Assembly (NCBI GenBank): GCA_031459385.1
Contig: JAVKIP010000001.1
Span: forward strand, 224,001-288,000
Length of the DNA: 64,000 nt
Source: Candidatus Fervidifonticultor secundus
GTDB lineage: Bacteria; Sysuimicrobiota; Sysuimicrobiia; Sysuimicrobiales; Humicultoraceae
Reading direction: 5' to 3'
The position numbers and the translations under genes are program-made. The notes beneath the pieces were generated by a model that was not told the origin of the DNA, did not search any database, and saw only the letters and a program-made list of their open reading frames with translations. Of the stretch, positions 11,021 to 20,832 are shown piece after piece. Within the stretch, counting starts at the first letter, position 1; each line of letters begins with the position of its first letter.

Positions 11021-11045
11021 GAAACGATGTTCCATTGACTGGAAC
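11021..11045. promoter_or_regulatory. Putative IclR operator 1 (GTTCCA-N5-TGGAAC)
   Basis: Inverted repeat directly before the LeuC-like start; related copy at 14551-14575. Confidence 0.6.
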
Positions 11046-11050
11046 GACAG

Positions 11051-12313
11051 ATGCCGCCAGTGTCGCCTATGACGCTCACCGAGAAGATCATCGCCCGCGC
11101 GGCGGGGTTGCCGTCCGTGGTGCCCGGCGATGAGGTGTGGGCCAGCGTGGACCTGGCGGCCATGCACGACTCCTCGGGGCCGCGCCGCATCGCGCCGACG
11201 CTGGAGCGCCTGGGCGGCCGCCTGTGGGATCGCTCCCGGATCGTGTTGGCCGTCGACCACTTCACGCCGGCGGCGAACCTCCGCCACGCCGAGATCCTGG
11301 CCACCACCCGCGCGTGGGCCCGGGAGGCGGGCCTCCCGCACTTTTTCGACAGCGTGGGGGTCATGCACAACCTGCTGCTGGAGCAGGGCCTGGCGAAGCC
11401 GGGCACCCTGATCGTGGGGGCGGACTCCCACACGGTCACCGCCGGCGCCATCGGCGCGGTGGCGGTCGGTGTCGGAGCCACGGAACTGGCCACGGTGCTG
11501 GCCACCGGACAGATCTGGCTGAGGGTCCCGCCGACGGTGTTGATCCGCTTCGACGACGCCATGCCAGAGTACCTCACGGCCCGGGATCTCGCCATGGAAG
11601 TGCTGCGGGAACTCGGGGCGGACTTTGCCATCTACCGGGCCGTGGAGTACGCCGGCCAGGCGGTGGAGGCGCTGGATCTGGACGAGCGCGCCGTGCTCGC
11701 CAACCAGGCCATCGAGATGGGGGCGAAGAACGGCATCATCCCGCCCAGCGGGGCAGTTCTGCGGCGGTTTGACCGGGACGTGAGCACGACAGGCCTGCCG
11801 GTGGCGGGCGATCCCGGCTGCGCCCACGAGGCTGTTCACACCTTCAGGCTCTCATCGGTCCCGCCGCTGGTGGCTGCGCCGCCCGACGTGGATCGCGTGA
11901 TACCGGTGCAGGAGGCCGCGGGGCTTTGCCTGGACCGCGCGTACGTCGGGTCGTGCGTCGGAGGAAAGGCGAGGGACCTGCGCGAGGCGGCGCGCGTCCT
12001 CAGGGGAAAGCGGGTGAGGATTCCGCTGACGATCACGCCGGCCACGCAGCAGGTCGTCGTGGAGACCCTGCGCGACGGGACCCTGCAGGCGCTCATCGAG
12101 GCAGGGGCGGTCATCCAGGCCCCGGGATGCGGGGCGTGCGCGGGGCTGCACTCGGGGCTGCTCGGCCCAAAGGAACGGTGCGTCGCCACCGTCACGCGGA
12201 ACTACCCCGGCCGCATGGGCGATCCTACCGCGGAGATCTACCTGGCCTCGCCGCTGACCGTGGCGGCCTCCGCCCTGGCCGGGCGGCTGACCGATCCGAG
12301 AGAGGTCCTCTGA
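11051..12313 (+). CDS. Aconitase-family hydratase large subunit (LeuC/HacA/DmdA type)
   Basis: MTLTEKI, DH, GADSHT, GSCVGG and CGACAG [4Fe-4S] cysteines, RNYPGRMG, YLASP. Confidence 0.93.
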   Translation: MPPVSPMTLTEKIIARAAGLPSVVPGDEVWASVDLAAMHDSSGPRRIAPTLERLGGRLWDRSRIVLAVDHFTPAANLRHAEILATTRAWAREAGLPHFFDSVGVMHNLLLEQGLAKPGTLIVGADSHTVTAGAIGAVAVGVGATELATVLATGQIWLRVPPTVLIRFDDAMPEYLTARDLAMEVLRELGADFAIYRAVEYAGQAVEALDLDERAVLANQAIEMGAKNGIIPPSGAVLRRFDRDVSTTGLPVAGDPGCAHEAVHTFRLSSVPPLVAAPPDVDRVIPVQEAAGLCLDRAYVGSCVGGKARDLREAARVLRGKRVRIPLTITPATQQVVVETLRDGTLQALIEAGAVIQAPGCGACAGLHSGLLGPKERCVATVTRNYPGRMGDPTAEIYLASPLTVAASALAGRLTDPREVL

Positions 12314-12822
12314 TGCGGTCGGTCCTCGAAGGATGCGCCTGGGTGTTCGGAGATCACGTGAACACCGACCAGATCCTGCCCGGCCGCTTCCTGGACCGGC
12401 CGGCCGAGGAGGCGGGCCGGTACGCGCTCACGGGGCTGGACGCGACCTTCCCCGAGCGGGTGGCGCCGGGAGACTTGGTGGTGGCCGGGGTCAACTTCGG
12501 GTGCGGGTCGAGCCGGGAGACCGCGGTCCTGGCGCTGCAGCAGGCGGGCGTGTCGGCGGTCATCGCGCGGTCGTTCGCGCGCATCTTCTTCCGCAACGCC
12601 ATCAATAACGGCCTCCCCGCCGTCATCGTCGGCGACACCGCAGGCATCGGCCAGGGCGATCGGCTCAGGCTCGATCTGTCGGCCAGGACCGTGACCAACC
12701 TGACCACGGGCGCGGTGCTCCCCGTAGAGAACCTCGCCGGCACGTCCCTGGAGATCCTCCGGCACGGCGGGATCGTCGCCTACACGCTGGCCAGGATCGG
12801 CCAGCGCGGAGGACAGCCGTGA
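12313..12822 (+). CDS. Aconitase-family hydratase small subunit (LeuD/HacB/DmdB type)
   Basis: VNTDQILP, NFGCGSSRE, SFARIFFRNAINNG; TGATG coupling. Confidence 0.93.
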   Translation: MRSVLEGCAWVFGDHVNTDQILPGRFLDRPAEEAGRYALTGLDATFPERVAPGDLVVAGVNFGCGSSRETAVLALQQAGVSAVIARSFARIFFRNAINNGLPAVIVGDTAGIGQGDRLRLDLSARTVTNLTTGAVLPVENLAGTSLEILRHGGIVAYTLARIGQRGGQP

Positions 12823-13706
12823 CGGCGGCCTCCCTGCGGCCGTCAACCCGGCTGCGCCACCGGCTGCATACCCCGGCCATCGTCATCGCGCCAGGAGCCC
12901 ACGACGCGCTGACGGCGCGGATCATCGAACGCGCGGGCTTCGAGGCGGTGTACTTCACCGGCGCCGGCTTCTCCTACACCCACCTCGGGGCCCCCGACCT
13001 GGGCCTGGTCAGCCTGACCGAGACGGTCTGGCGCCTGGCCGCGGTGGTGGAGGCGACGGCGCTGCCCGTCATCGCCGACGCGGAGACCGGGTACGGCAAT
13101 GCGCTCGCGCTGCCCCGGACCATGCGGGAGTTCGAGCGGGCCGGCGCCGCGGCGATCCAGCTGGAAGACCAGGTCGCCCCCAAGCGGTGCGGGCACCTGG
13201 TCGGCAAGGCCGTGATTCCCACCGACGAGATGGTCGGAAAGATCCGGGCTGCCGTCGACGGCCGGCAGGATCCCGATCTGCTCATTATCGCCCGCACCGA
13301 CGCCCGGGCCGTGATGGGCCTCGACGCCGCCATCGAGCGGGCGCATCGGTACCGGGAGGCGGGGGCCGACGTTCTGTTTGTGGAAGCGCCTGCGACCAGG
13401 GACGAACTGACCCGCATCGCCCGCGAGCTGGCCCCGCCGGTGATGGCCAACATGGTGGAGGGCGGGACGACGCCGCTGTGCAGCGCCGCGGAACTGGAGG
13501 CGATGGGCTATCGGCTCGTCATCTTCCCCGGGGCGGCGGTCCGCGCGGCCGCGGCGGCCATCATGCGGTTGATGGGGGCCTTGAAGCAGCAGGGCACGAC
13601 CGCAGGGATGCTGGATGAGATGCTCTCCTTCCAGGAGCTCAACGACCTGGTGGGGCTGCAGACGTACCGACGGCTCGAGGAGCGCTACCTGCCCCGGCAA
13701 CGCTGA
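12819..13706 (+). CDS. Isocitrate lyase/PEP mutase family C-C lyase (PrpB/2,3-dimethylmalate lyase-like)
   Basis: PDLGL, DAETGYG, LEDQVAPKRCGH, IARTDA, ANMVEGG. Confidence 0.92.
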   Translation: MTAASLRPSTRLRHRLHTPAIVIAPGAHDALTARIIERAGFEAVYFTGAGFSYTHLGAPDLGLVSLTETVWRLAAVVEATALPVIADAETGYGNALALPRTMREFERAGAAAIQLEDQVAPKRCGHLVGKAVIPTDEMVGKIRAAVDGRQDPDLLIIARTDARAVMGLDAAIERAHRYREAGADVLFVEAPATRDELTRIARELAPPVMANMVEGGTTPLCSAAELEAMGYRLVIFPGAAVRAAAAAIMRLMGALKQQGTTAGMLDEMLSFQELNDLVGLQTYRRLEERYLPRQR

Positions 13707-13727
13707 AGGGGGGTGAGGTCGGCCAAC

Positions 13728-14531
13728 ATGCCGCGACAGCCGTCCGCGAGCGTCCGCAGCGTCGAACGGGCGCTGGACGTCCTGCTCTGCTTCGATTTCG
13801 AATCCCCGCGCCTGGGCGTCAGCGAGATCGCCCGGCGCCTCGGCCTGTCCAAGGGCACCGTGCACCGCCTGCTGGTGGCCCTGGAGCGCCGCGGATTCGT
13901 CCGGCAGGATCCCGCCACCGGCGCCTACACCCCCGGGCTCCAGCTCTTCCGCCTGGGACGGGTGGTGCAGAACGGCATGGAGTTGCGCGCGCAGGCCCTG
14001 CCCGTCATGCGGGAGCTCCAGGGCCAAAGCGGGGAGACGGTCAACCTCAACATCGTGGTCGGCCGGCACCGGGTCTGCGTCGAGAAGGTGGAGAGCCGGC
14101 ACGACGTCCGCCATTTCGTCGAGATCGGGAAACCGCTCCCGCTGCACCTGGGCGCCTCGGGGAAAGTGCTGCTGGCGCACCTCCCCCCGCAGGAGGTCGC
14201 CGCGGTCATCCGGGAGGCCCGGCGGTGGCCCGGCAGCCCCCGGGCCAAACTCGCCGCCCTCCCCCGCCAACTCGCGGAGATCCGCCAGCGCGGCTATGCC
14301 TGGGGGATCAGCGAGCGGGTGCCCGGCGCGTTCTCCGTGAGCGCGCCGATCCGCAACGATACGGGCGAGGTCGTCGCCGGGCTGACCATCTCGGGGCCGG
14401 TGCTCCGGCTGGCCAAGGGGGACATCCCCCGGTTCGCCAGGATGGTCGTGCGGGCTGCGGCCGAGATTTCGGCGTCGCTGGGCTTTCTGGCCGGGGAGCG
14501 CCCCGGCAGGAGTTCGGGGGCGCGGCGATGA
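13728..14531 (+). CDS. IclR family transcriptional regulator
   Basis: SVERALDVL HTH, GETVNL, GASGKVLLA, VSAPI. Confidence 0.94.
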   Translation: MPRQPSASVRSVERALDVLLCFDFESPRLGVSEIARRLGLSKGTVHRLLVALERRGFVRQDPATGAYTPGLQLFRLGRVVQNGMELRAQALPVMRELQGQSGETVNLNIVVGRHRVCVEKVESRHDVRHFVEIGKPLPLHLGASGKVLLAHLPPQEVAAVIREARRWPGSPRAKLAALPRQLAEIRQRGYAWGISERVPGAFSVSAPIRNDTGEVVAGLTISGPVLRLAKGDIPRFARMVVRAAAEISASLGFLAGERPGRSSGARR

Positions 14532-14550
14532 AGACGGCGGCGCCGGATCC

Positions 14551-14575
14551 GAAACGTCGTTCTGGTGTACGGAAC
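14551..14575. promoter_or_regulatory. Putative IclR operator 2
   Basis: GAAACGTCGTTCTGGTGTACGGAAC shares GAAACGnnGTTCnnnTGnnnGGAAC with the site at 11021-11045. Confidence 0.55.
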
Positions 14576-14622
14576 AACACGGCGTGGACGGTCTGCGCCA
14601 CGCTGCAAAGGGGGATACGGCC

Positions 14623-15861
14623 ATGAGCAAGCTCACGCGCAGGGAGTTCGTGAAACGGTCGGCTATGCTGGGCGGGGCGGCGGCGCTGACCACTGTGCCG
14701 CAGTGGGCCATCCGCGCCGCGGAAGCCGCCACGCCCGCGGAGGTGAAGATCGGCCACCTCCACCCTCTCTCCGGCGGGCTCGCGCTGGAGGGAGGCGAGA
14801 TGCGCGATGCGATCCTGCTGGCCGCCGACGACGTGAACCGTGCCGGCGGCATCAGGTCACTGGGCGGTGCCAGGGTCACCGTCGTGCACGGGAACACCGA
14901 GGGCTCCCCGGACAAAGGCGCGGCGGAGGCCGAGCGCCTCATCGGCGAAGGCGTCGTCGGGTTGCTGGGAGCCTACCAGAGCGCGGTGGCGTTCGTGACC
15001 ACCCAGGTGGCCGAGCGCCGGCGCATCCCCTACGTCATCACCGTGGCGGTGGCCGACGAGATCCTCGAACGCGGCTTCACCTACTCCTTCCGGGTCCAGC
15101 CCAACTCTACGGCCATGGCCCAGTACGCCGTTGAGTACCTCACCACCCTGGGCAAGATGACCCGCACCCCGGTTCACACCATTACCATCATGCACGAGTC
15201 CAGCATCTTCGGCGTCTCCATCGGCGACCGGCTGGTCCGGTTTGCCGGCCCCGCGGGGCTGCGGATCCTGGAGCGCATCGTCTATCCCACGGCGACCGCC
15301 GACGTCACGACCGAGTGCACCAAGGTGCGGGCGGCGAACCCTGATGTGGCCATCTTCACCGGGTACTTCCGGGATGGTGTGCTGGTCGCGCGCACGATCC
15401 GCGAGGTCGGCCTGCGGGCCAAGGCGATCATGGGCGTCGCCAATGGCGCCTTCAGCCATCCCAGGTTCTCCGGCGAGGCCGGTCCCCTGGCCAGCGAGAA
15501 CGTCATGGACGCCAACTATTACTACAACCCGGTCAACCCCCGGACCCGCGGCGTCTTTCGGGCCTACCGGGAGCGGTTCAATCGCGACATGTCCACCCAC
15601 GCGGTGTACGCGTACGCGGCGACCCGCGTGCTGCTCGACGCCATCGAGCGGGCCGGAGCGGTGGATCCGACGAAGATCCGCGCTGCCCTGGCTGAGACCA
15701 ACATGCGGGACCACATCCTCCCGCAGGCGGAGATCAAGTTCGACAGCAAGGGGGAGAACGTGAACGCCCGCCCGGTGCTGCTGCAGGTGCGCGGCGGAAC
15801 CCCGCGCGTGATCCTCCCGGAGCGCTACGGTGAGATGACACCGGTCTTCCCGGCGATGTGA
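14623..15861 (+). CDS. Liv-type ABC substrate-binding protein with Tat signal
   Basis: LTRREFVK twin-arginine motif, KIGHLHPLSG, GAYQS. Confidence 0.92.
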   Translation: MSKLTRREFVKRSAMLGGAAALTTVPQWAIRAAEAATPAEVKIGHLHPLSGGLALEGGEMRDAILLAADDVNRAGGIRSLGGARVTVVHGNTEGSPDKGAAEAERLIGEGVVGLLGAYQSAVAFVTTQVAERRRIPYVITVAVADEILERGFTYSFRVQPNSTAMAQYAVEYLTTLGKMTRTPVHTITIMHESSIFGVSIGDRLVRFAGPAGLRILERIVYPTATADVTTECTKVRAANPDVAIFTGYFRDGVLVARTIREVGLRAKAIMGVANGAFSHPRFSGEAGPLASENVMDANYYYNPVNPRTRGVFRAYRERFNRDMSTHAVYAYAATRVLLDAIERAGAVDPTKIRAALAETNMRDHILPQAEIKFDSKGENVNARPVLLQVRGGTPRVILPERYGEMTPVFPAM

Positions 15862-15906
15862 CGGTGCGGGGCGCACTCCCTCACCGCGCCCTCCCGGGGT
15901 AGTCCC

Positions 15907-16779
15907 GTGCTGCTCCTGCTGGGCCAGGCGGCGGTCACCGGCCTGCTCACCGGGGCGGTCTACGCCCTGGTGGCCGTCGGGCTCACCCTTATCTTCGGCG
16001 TGATGCGTGTGGTGAACTTCGCCCACGGCGCGCTGCTCATGCTGGGGATGTATGCGGCCTACTGGTCCCACGTGCTCCTGGGCGTCAACCCGTACCTCTC
16101 GCTGCCGGTCACCTTCATTTTGCTGTTCGCGCTGGGAGCCGTCATGCAGCGAGGGCTCCTGCAGCCGATCCTGGCGGCTCCCCAGCACAACCAGCTGCTC
16201 CTCACGCTTGGGGTGATGTTGATCATCGAGAACCTGGCGCTCTTCCTGTGGAGCCCCGACTTCCGGACGCTGCGCATCGGATGGCTGGAGGGGGCCGTTC
16301 CGCTGGGCGGGCTGCTGCTCAACAAACCCCGGCTGATCGCCTTCGTCGGCGCCCTGGTGCTCACCGCGGCGCTGTATCTCTTCCTCACCTTCACCGAGCT
16401 GGGGCGTGCCATCCGGGCGACCGCGCAGGATCGGACCGGCGCGTCCCTGGTGGGGGTGAACGTGACGCGGATCAACACCCTGACCTTCGGGCTGGGGGCG
16501 GCCTGCGCGGGGGTGGCCGGGGCGCTCATCGCCCCCTACCTGTACACGGCACCCCAGGTCGGGCACGTCTTCCTGCTCTACGGCTTCGTCGTGGTCGTCC
16601 TGGGGGGCCTGGGGAGCTTCACCGGCGCGCTGGCCGGCGGGCTCCTGATCGGGATCGGCGAGTCATTGGGGGCCGCGCTGCTTCCCGGATCGCTCAAGGA
16701 ACTGGTGGTCTACATCGTCTTCATCCTCGTGCTGCTGTTCCGCCCCACCGGGCTCTTTGGGGTCCCCCACCGTGGGTGA
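15907..16779 (+). CDS. livH: Liv-type ABC permease
   Basis: YALVAVGLTLIFGVMRVVNFAHG, GRAIRATAQD, VVLGGLGS. Confidence 0.92.
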   Translation: MLLLLGQAAVTGLLTGAVYALVAVGLTLIFGVMRVVNFAHGALLMLGMYAAYWSHVLLGVNPYLSLPVTFILLFALGAVMQRGLLQPILAAPQHNQLLLTLGVMLIIENLALFLWSPDFRTLRIGWLEGAVPLGGLLLNKPRLIAFVGALVLTAALYLFLTFTELGRAIRATAQDRTGASLVGVNVTRINTLTFGLGAACAGVAGALIAPYLYTAPQVGHVFLLYGFVVVVLGGLGSFTGALAGGLLIGIGESLGAALLPGSLKELVVYIVFILVLLFRPTGLFGVPHRG

Positions 16780-17767
16780 GGCGCCCGTTTCGGTCCGGAC
16801 CCTTTCAGCGGTCCCGAAGGTCCCCCTGGCGCTCGGCGGCCTGGTGCTGGCCGCCCTCGTATTGGGGGCGCCGCTGGTGGCCACACCCTACCTCCTGCGC
16901 ATCCTCATCATGACCTTCTACGGAGCCTACCTGGCCCAGAGTTGGAACCTCGTGGGCGGGTACGCCGGACAGTTCTCCTTCGGCCACGCAACGTTCTTCG
17001 GGCTGGGGGCGTACACCACGGCACTCCTCTTCGCCAAGGGCGGGATCAGCCCGTGGCTGGGGATGTTGGTCGGGGCCATCCTGGCCGCCGGGGCAGGCGT
17101 GTTCATCGGGTTCCTCAGTTTCCGCTACGGCCTGCGGGGGCCGTATTTCGCCCTCGTCACCCTGGCCTTCGCCGAGGTCTGCCGCATCGCCGTGACCAAC
17201 TGGCGGGCCCTGGGTGGCGGCATGGGGGTCCTGATCCCGCTCCGCCAGTCCCCGTGGACCCTCCAGTTTTCGGAACCCGCGGCGTACTACTACATCATCG
17301 TGACGATGACCGCGGGCATCTCGATGCTGGCGCTGGTGCTGGAGCGCTCCCGCCTGGGCGTCTTCATGGAGGCCGTCCGCGAGGACGCCGATGCGGCGGA
17401 GGCCCTGGGCGTGGACACGACCCGCACGCGCCTGACCGCCATGGGGCTCAGCGCCTTCTGCACGGCCCTGGCGGGCACGTTCTACGTGCAGTTCTTCTCC
17501 TATGTGGACCCCCACCTGGCCTTCGGCATCGACGTCTCCATCGCGGCCATCCTGCCCAACATCATCGGCGGCACCGGCACGGCGCTGGGACCGCTGGCCG
17601 GGAGCGCCATCCTCATCCCGCTCGGCGAATGGATGCGGGCCTACCTGGGCGGCTACCGCGGCGTCCACCTGATGATCTACGGGGCCATCCTGGTGGTGGC
17701 CATCATCTTCCTCCCTCGCGGTCTCGTGGGGGCGATCCGGCGCTGGTGGGGGAACAGGACGCCATGA
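16772..17767 (+). CDS. livM: Liv-type ABC permease
   Basis: WNLVGGYAGQFSFGHA, AVREDADAAEALG, IIGGTG. Confidence 0.92.
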   Translation: MGEAPVSVRTLSAVPKVPLALGGLVLAALVLGAPLVATPYLLRILIMTFYGAYLAQSWNLVGGYAGQFSFGHATFFGLGAYTTALLFAKGGISPWLGMLVGAILAAGAGVFIGFLSFRYGLRGPYFALVTLAFAEVCRIAVTNWRALGGGMGVLIPLRQSPWTLQFSEPAAYYYIIVTMTAGISMLALVLERSRLGVFMEAVREDADAAEALGVDTTRTRLTAMGLSAFCTALAGTFYVQFFSYVDPHLAFGIDVSIAAILPNIIGGTGTALGPLAGSAILIPLGEWMRAYLGGYRGVHLMIYGAILVVAIIFLPRGLVGAIRRWWGNRTP

Positions 17768-18481
17768 GTCTGCTGGCGGCGCGTGGCCTGGTGAAGCGGT
17801 TCGGTGGCCTGGTCGCCGTCAACCGGGTCAGCCTGCACGTGGAGGCGGGGGAGATCGTGGGCCTGATCGGCCCCAACGGCGCCGGCAAGACCACCGTCTT
17901 CAACCTCCTCTCCGGATTTCTCCGGCCCGACGAAGGGTCGGTGCGCCTCGACGGGCGCGAGCTGGTGGGCCGGCGCCCCTTTGAGATCTGCCGCCTCGGG
18001 CTGGTCCGGACGTTTCAGATCGTCCGGCCCTTCGCCGACCTCCCGGTGCTGCGCAACGTCATGGTCGGCGCATGGGCCCGTGCCTCCGAGTCCAGGGCCG
18101 CGCGTGGGATCGCCGAGGAGTGCCTGGCGTTCGTCGGACTGTCGGACAAGGGCGCGGTGCCGGCCCGCGACCTGACCATCAGCGAGCAACGACGCCTGGA
18201 GGTGGCGCGCGCGCTGGCCACCCGGCCCCGGCTGCTCCTCCTGGACGAAGTGATGGCCGGGTTGAACCCGCACGAGGTCGAGGTGATGAGCGATCTGCTG
18301 CGCCAGCTGGTCGGCCGCGGGATCACGCTGCTGCTCATCGAGCACGTCATGCGCGCGGTGATGCGCACCTGCCACCGCGTCATGGTCCTCCACCACGGCG
18401 AGAAGGTCGCCGACGGGCCGCCGGCGCAGGTGGCCCAGGATCGCCAGGTAATCGACGCCTACCTGGGAGAGGCGGCGTTGC

Positions 18482-18489
<8 letters not shown>
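17764..18489 (+). CDS. livG: Liv-type ABC ATP-binding protein
   Basis: GPNGAGKTT, RTFQ, LLDEVMAGL, IEH, DAYLG. Confidence 0.94.
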
Positions 18490-19186
<697 letters not shown>

Positions 19187-19189
19187 GCG

Positions 19190-20560
19190 ATGCGGTGGGA
19201 TGCCGAGACCGACGCGGTCGTGGTCGGGGCAGGCGCATGCGGACTGGCTGCCTCGCTGACGTTGGCCCAGGAGGGCTGCGACGTCGTGCTGCTCGAGAAG
19301 GGCCGGCGCATCGGCGGGAACACCGCGATCAGCACCGCGATGATCCCCGCCGCGGCCTCGCGGCAGCAGCGCGACCTGGGCATCCGGGACTCACCCGAGC
19401 AGATGGCCTCGGACATTTTGACCAAGGCGGGGCCCGGGGCGGATCGGGATCACGTCCTGGAACTCTGCCGGCGGTCGGCTGAACTCGTCGACTGGCTGAT
19501 CGATGCCGGCGTGCCGCTGCGGCTGGTGACCGATTTCCTCTACACAGGCCAGTCGGTCCCGCGCTTCCACGCTCCGCCCTCGCGCCAGGGGAAGGATCTG
19601 GTAGTCCCGCTGGGCGATGCCGTCGCCGCCACCGGCCGGGTGACCGTGGTTACCTCGGCGCCGGTGCACCGGCTCATCGTCGATGACGCCGGCGCGGTCG
19701 TCGGCGTCGAGGCCGGCGAGATGCACGAGCGGATCGGCGCGCGCTCCGTCGTGCTCGCCGCCTGCGGGTTCGGCGGCAACCCCGAGATGGTCGGCACCTA
19801 CTGTCCGGAGATCGCCGGGGCCCTCTACTTCGGCGAACGGACCGTGACCGGAGACGCGATTCGCTGGGGCATGGCGCTGGGGGCAGAGACCCGCTGCATG
19901 GACGCCTATCAGGGCCACGGCACCGTGGCAATCCCCCACGGCGTCCTGTTGAGCTGGGCCGCGGTCGAGAAGGGCGGGTGCCTCGTCAACGTCCAGGGGG
20001 TGCGCTTCGCCAACGAGGACCTCGGCTACAGCACCTTCGGAGCCCTGGTGATGCGCCAGCCGGAGGGGCTGGCGTTCGTGATCTTCGACAGCCGCATCGA
20101 CGCGGAGATGACATCCCACGACCAGAACTACCGGGAACTGGACGCCCTGGCCGGCATCCGCCGCGCGGGATCGTTGGCCGACCTGGCTGACCGGCTGGGG
20201 CTGCCGGGGCCAGCCCTCACCCGCACAGTTGAGGCGCTCAACGCCGGCCTCCAGGCAGGGTGCGACCCGCTGGGCCGCTCGCCCGGACAGCGTCGGCCGC
20301 TGGAAGCACCTTACTGCGGGGTGAAGGTCACCGGGGCGCTGTTCCACACCCAGGGCGGGTTGGCCATCGACACCGCGGGCCGGGTGCTGCGTCCGGGCGG
20401 ACGGCCGGTCGTCAATCTCTTCGCCGGCGGCGGCAGCGCCGTGGGCATCTCGGGCCACGGCGCCGCCGGGTACTCGCCCGGCAACGGGTTGCTGACCGCG
20501 CTGGGATGGGGCCGCATCGCGGGCCTGACCGCCGCCCGCCAGGTCCGGAGGGGAGCATGA
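19190..20560 (+). CDS. FAD-dependent oxidoreductase, fumarate reductase/TcuA/ketosteroid dehydrogenase flavoprotein family
   Basis: VVGAGACG, GGNT, GVRFANE, HTQGGL, NLFAGG, GNGL. Confidence 0.88.
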   Translation: MRWDAETDAVVVGAGACGLAASLTLAQEGCDVVLLEKGRRIGGNTAISTAMIPAAASRQQRDLGIRDSPEQMASDILTKAGPGADRDHVLELCRRSAELVDWLIDAGVPLRLVTDFLYTGQSVPRFHAPPSRQGKDLVVPLGDAVAATGRVTVVTSAPVHRLIVDDAGAVVGVEAGEMHERIGARSVVLAACGFGGNPEMVGTYCPEIAGALYFGERTVTGDAIRWGMALGAETRCMDAYQGHGTVAIPHGVLLSWAAVEKGGCLVNVQGVRFANEDLGYSTFGALVMRQPEGLAFVIFDSRIDAEMTSHDQNYRELDALAGIRRAGSLADLADRLGLPGPALTRTVEALNAGLQAGCDPLGRSPGQRRPLEAPYCGVKVTGALFHTQGGLAIDTAGRVLRPGGRPVVNLFAGGGSAVGISGHGAAGYSPGNGLLTALGWGRIAGLTAARQVRRGA

Positions 20561-20797
20561 CGCCGGAAGCGCAGCTCGCGGCGTTCGCGTGCACGCTGCG
20601 GCCCGCCCACCTGCCCGGGCCGGTCGCTGCGCGCGCGGCTGGTGGTGATCGACACGCTCAGTTCGATCATCGATGGGATGCTCACCATCCTGCTGGCTGT
20701 GGCCGGGACCGGCCTGCTGGCTGCCTTCGGTCTGGGGCGCCTGGCGGGGCGCGGCGCCGCCGGGGCCGCAGACCGGCTCGAGGCGCAGGCGGAGTGA
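20557..20797 (+). pseudogene. Frameshifted and truncated MmgE/PrpD-like N-terminus joined to an unrelated hydrophobic tail
   Basis: MTPEAQLAAFACTLRPAHLPGPVAARA, then in the shifted frame RLVVIDTL; shift falls in a (GC)n run; ATGA-coupled to the flavoprotein stop. Confidence 0.55.
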
Positions 20798-20832
20798 GGC
20801 GAGGGAGACCGATCAGGGAGGGGTGAGCAGCC

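Noticed and set aside
11051..12822. Leucine biosynthesis leuCD
   Set aside because: No leuA or leuB nearby; context is catabolic (lyase, IclR, ABC importer)
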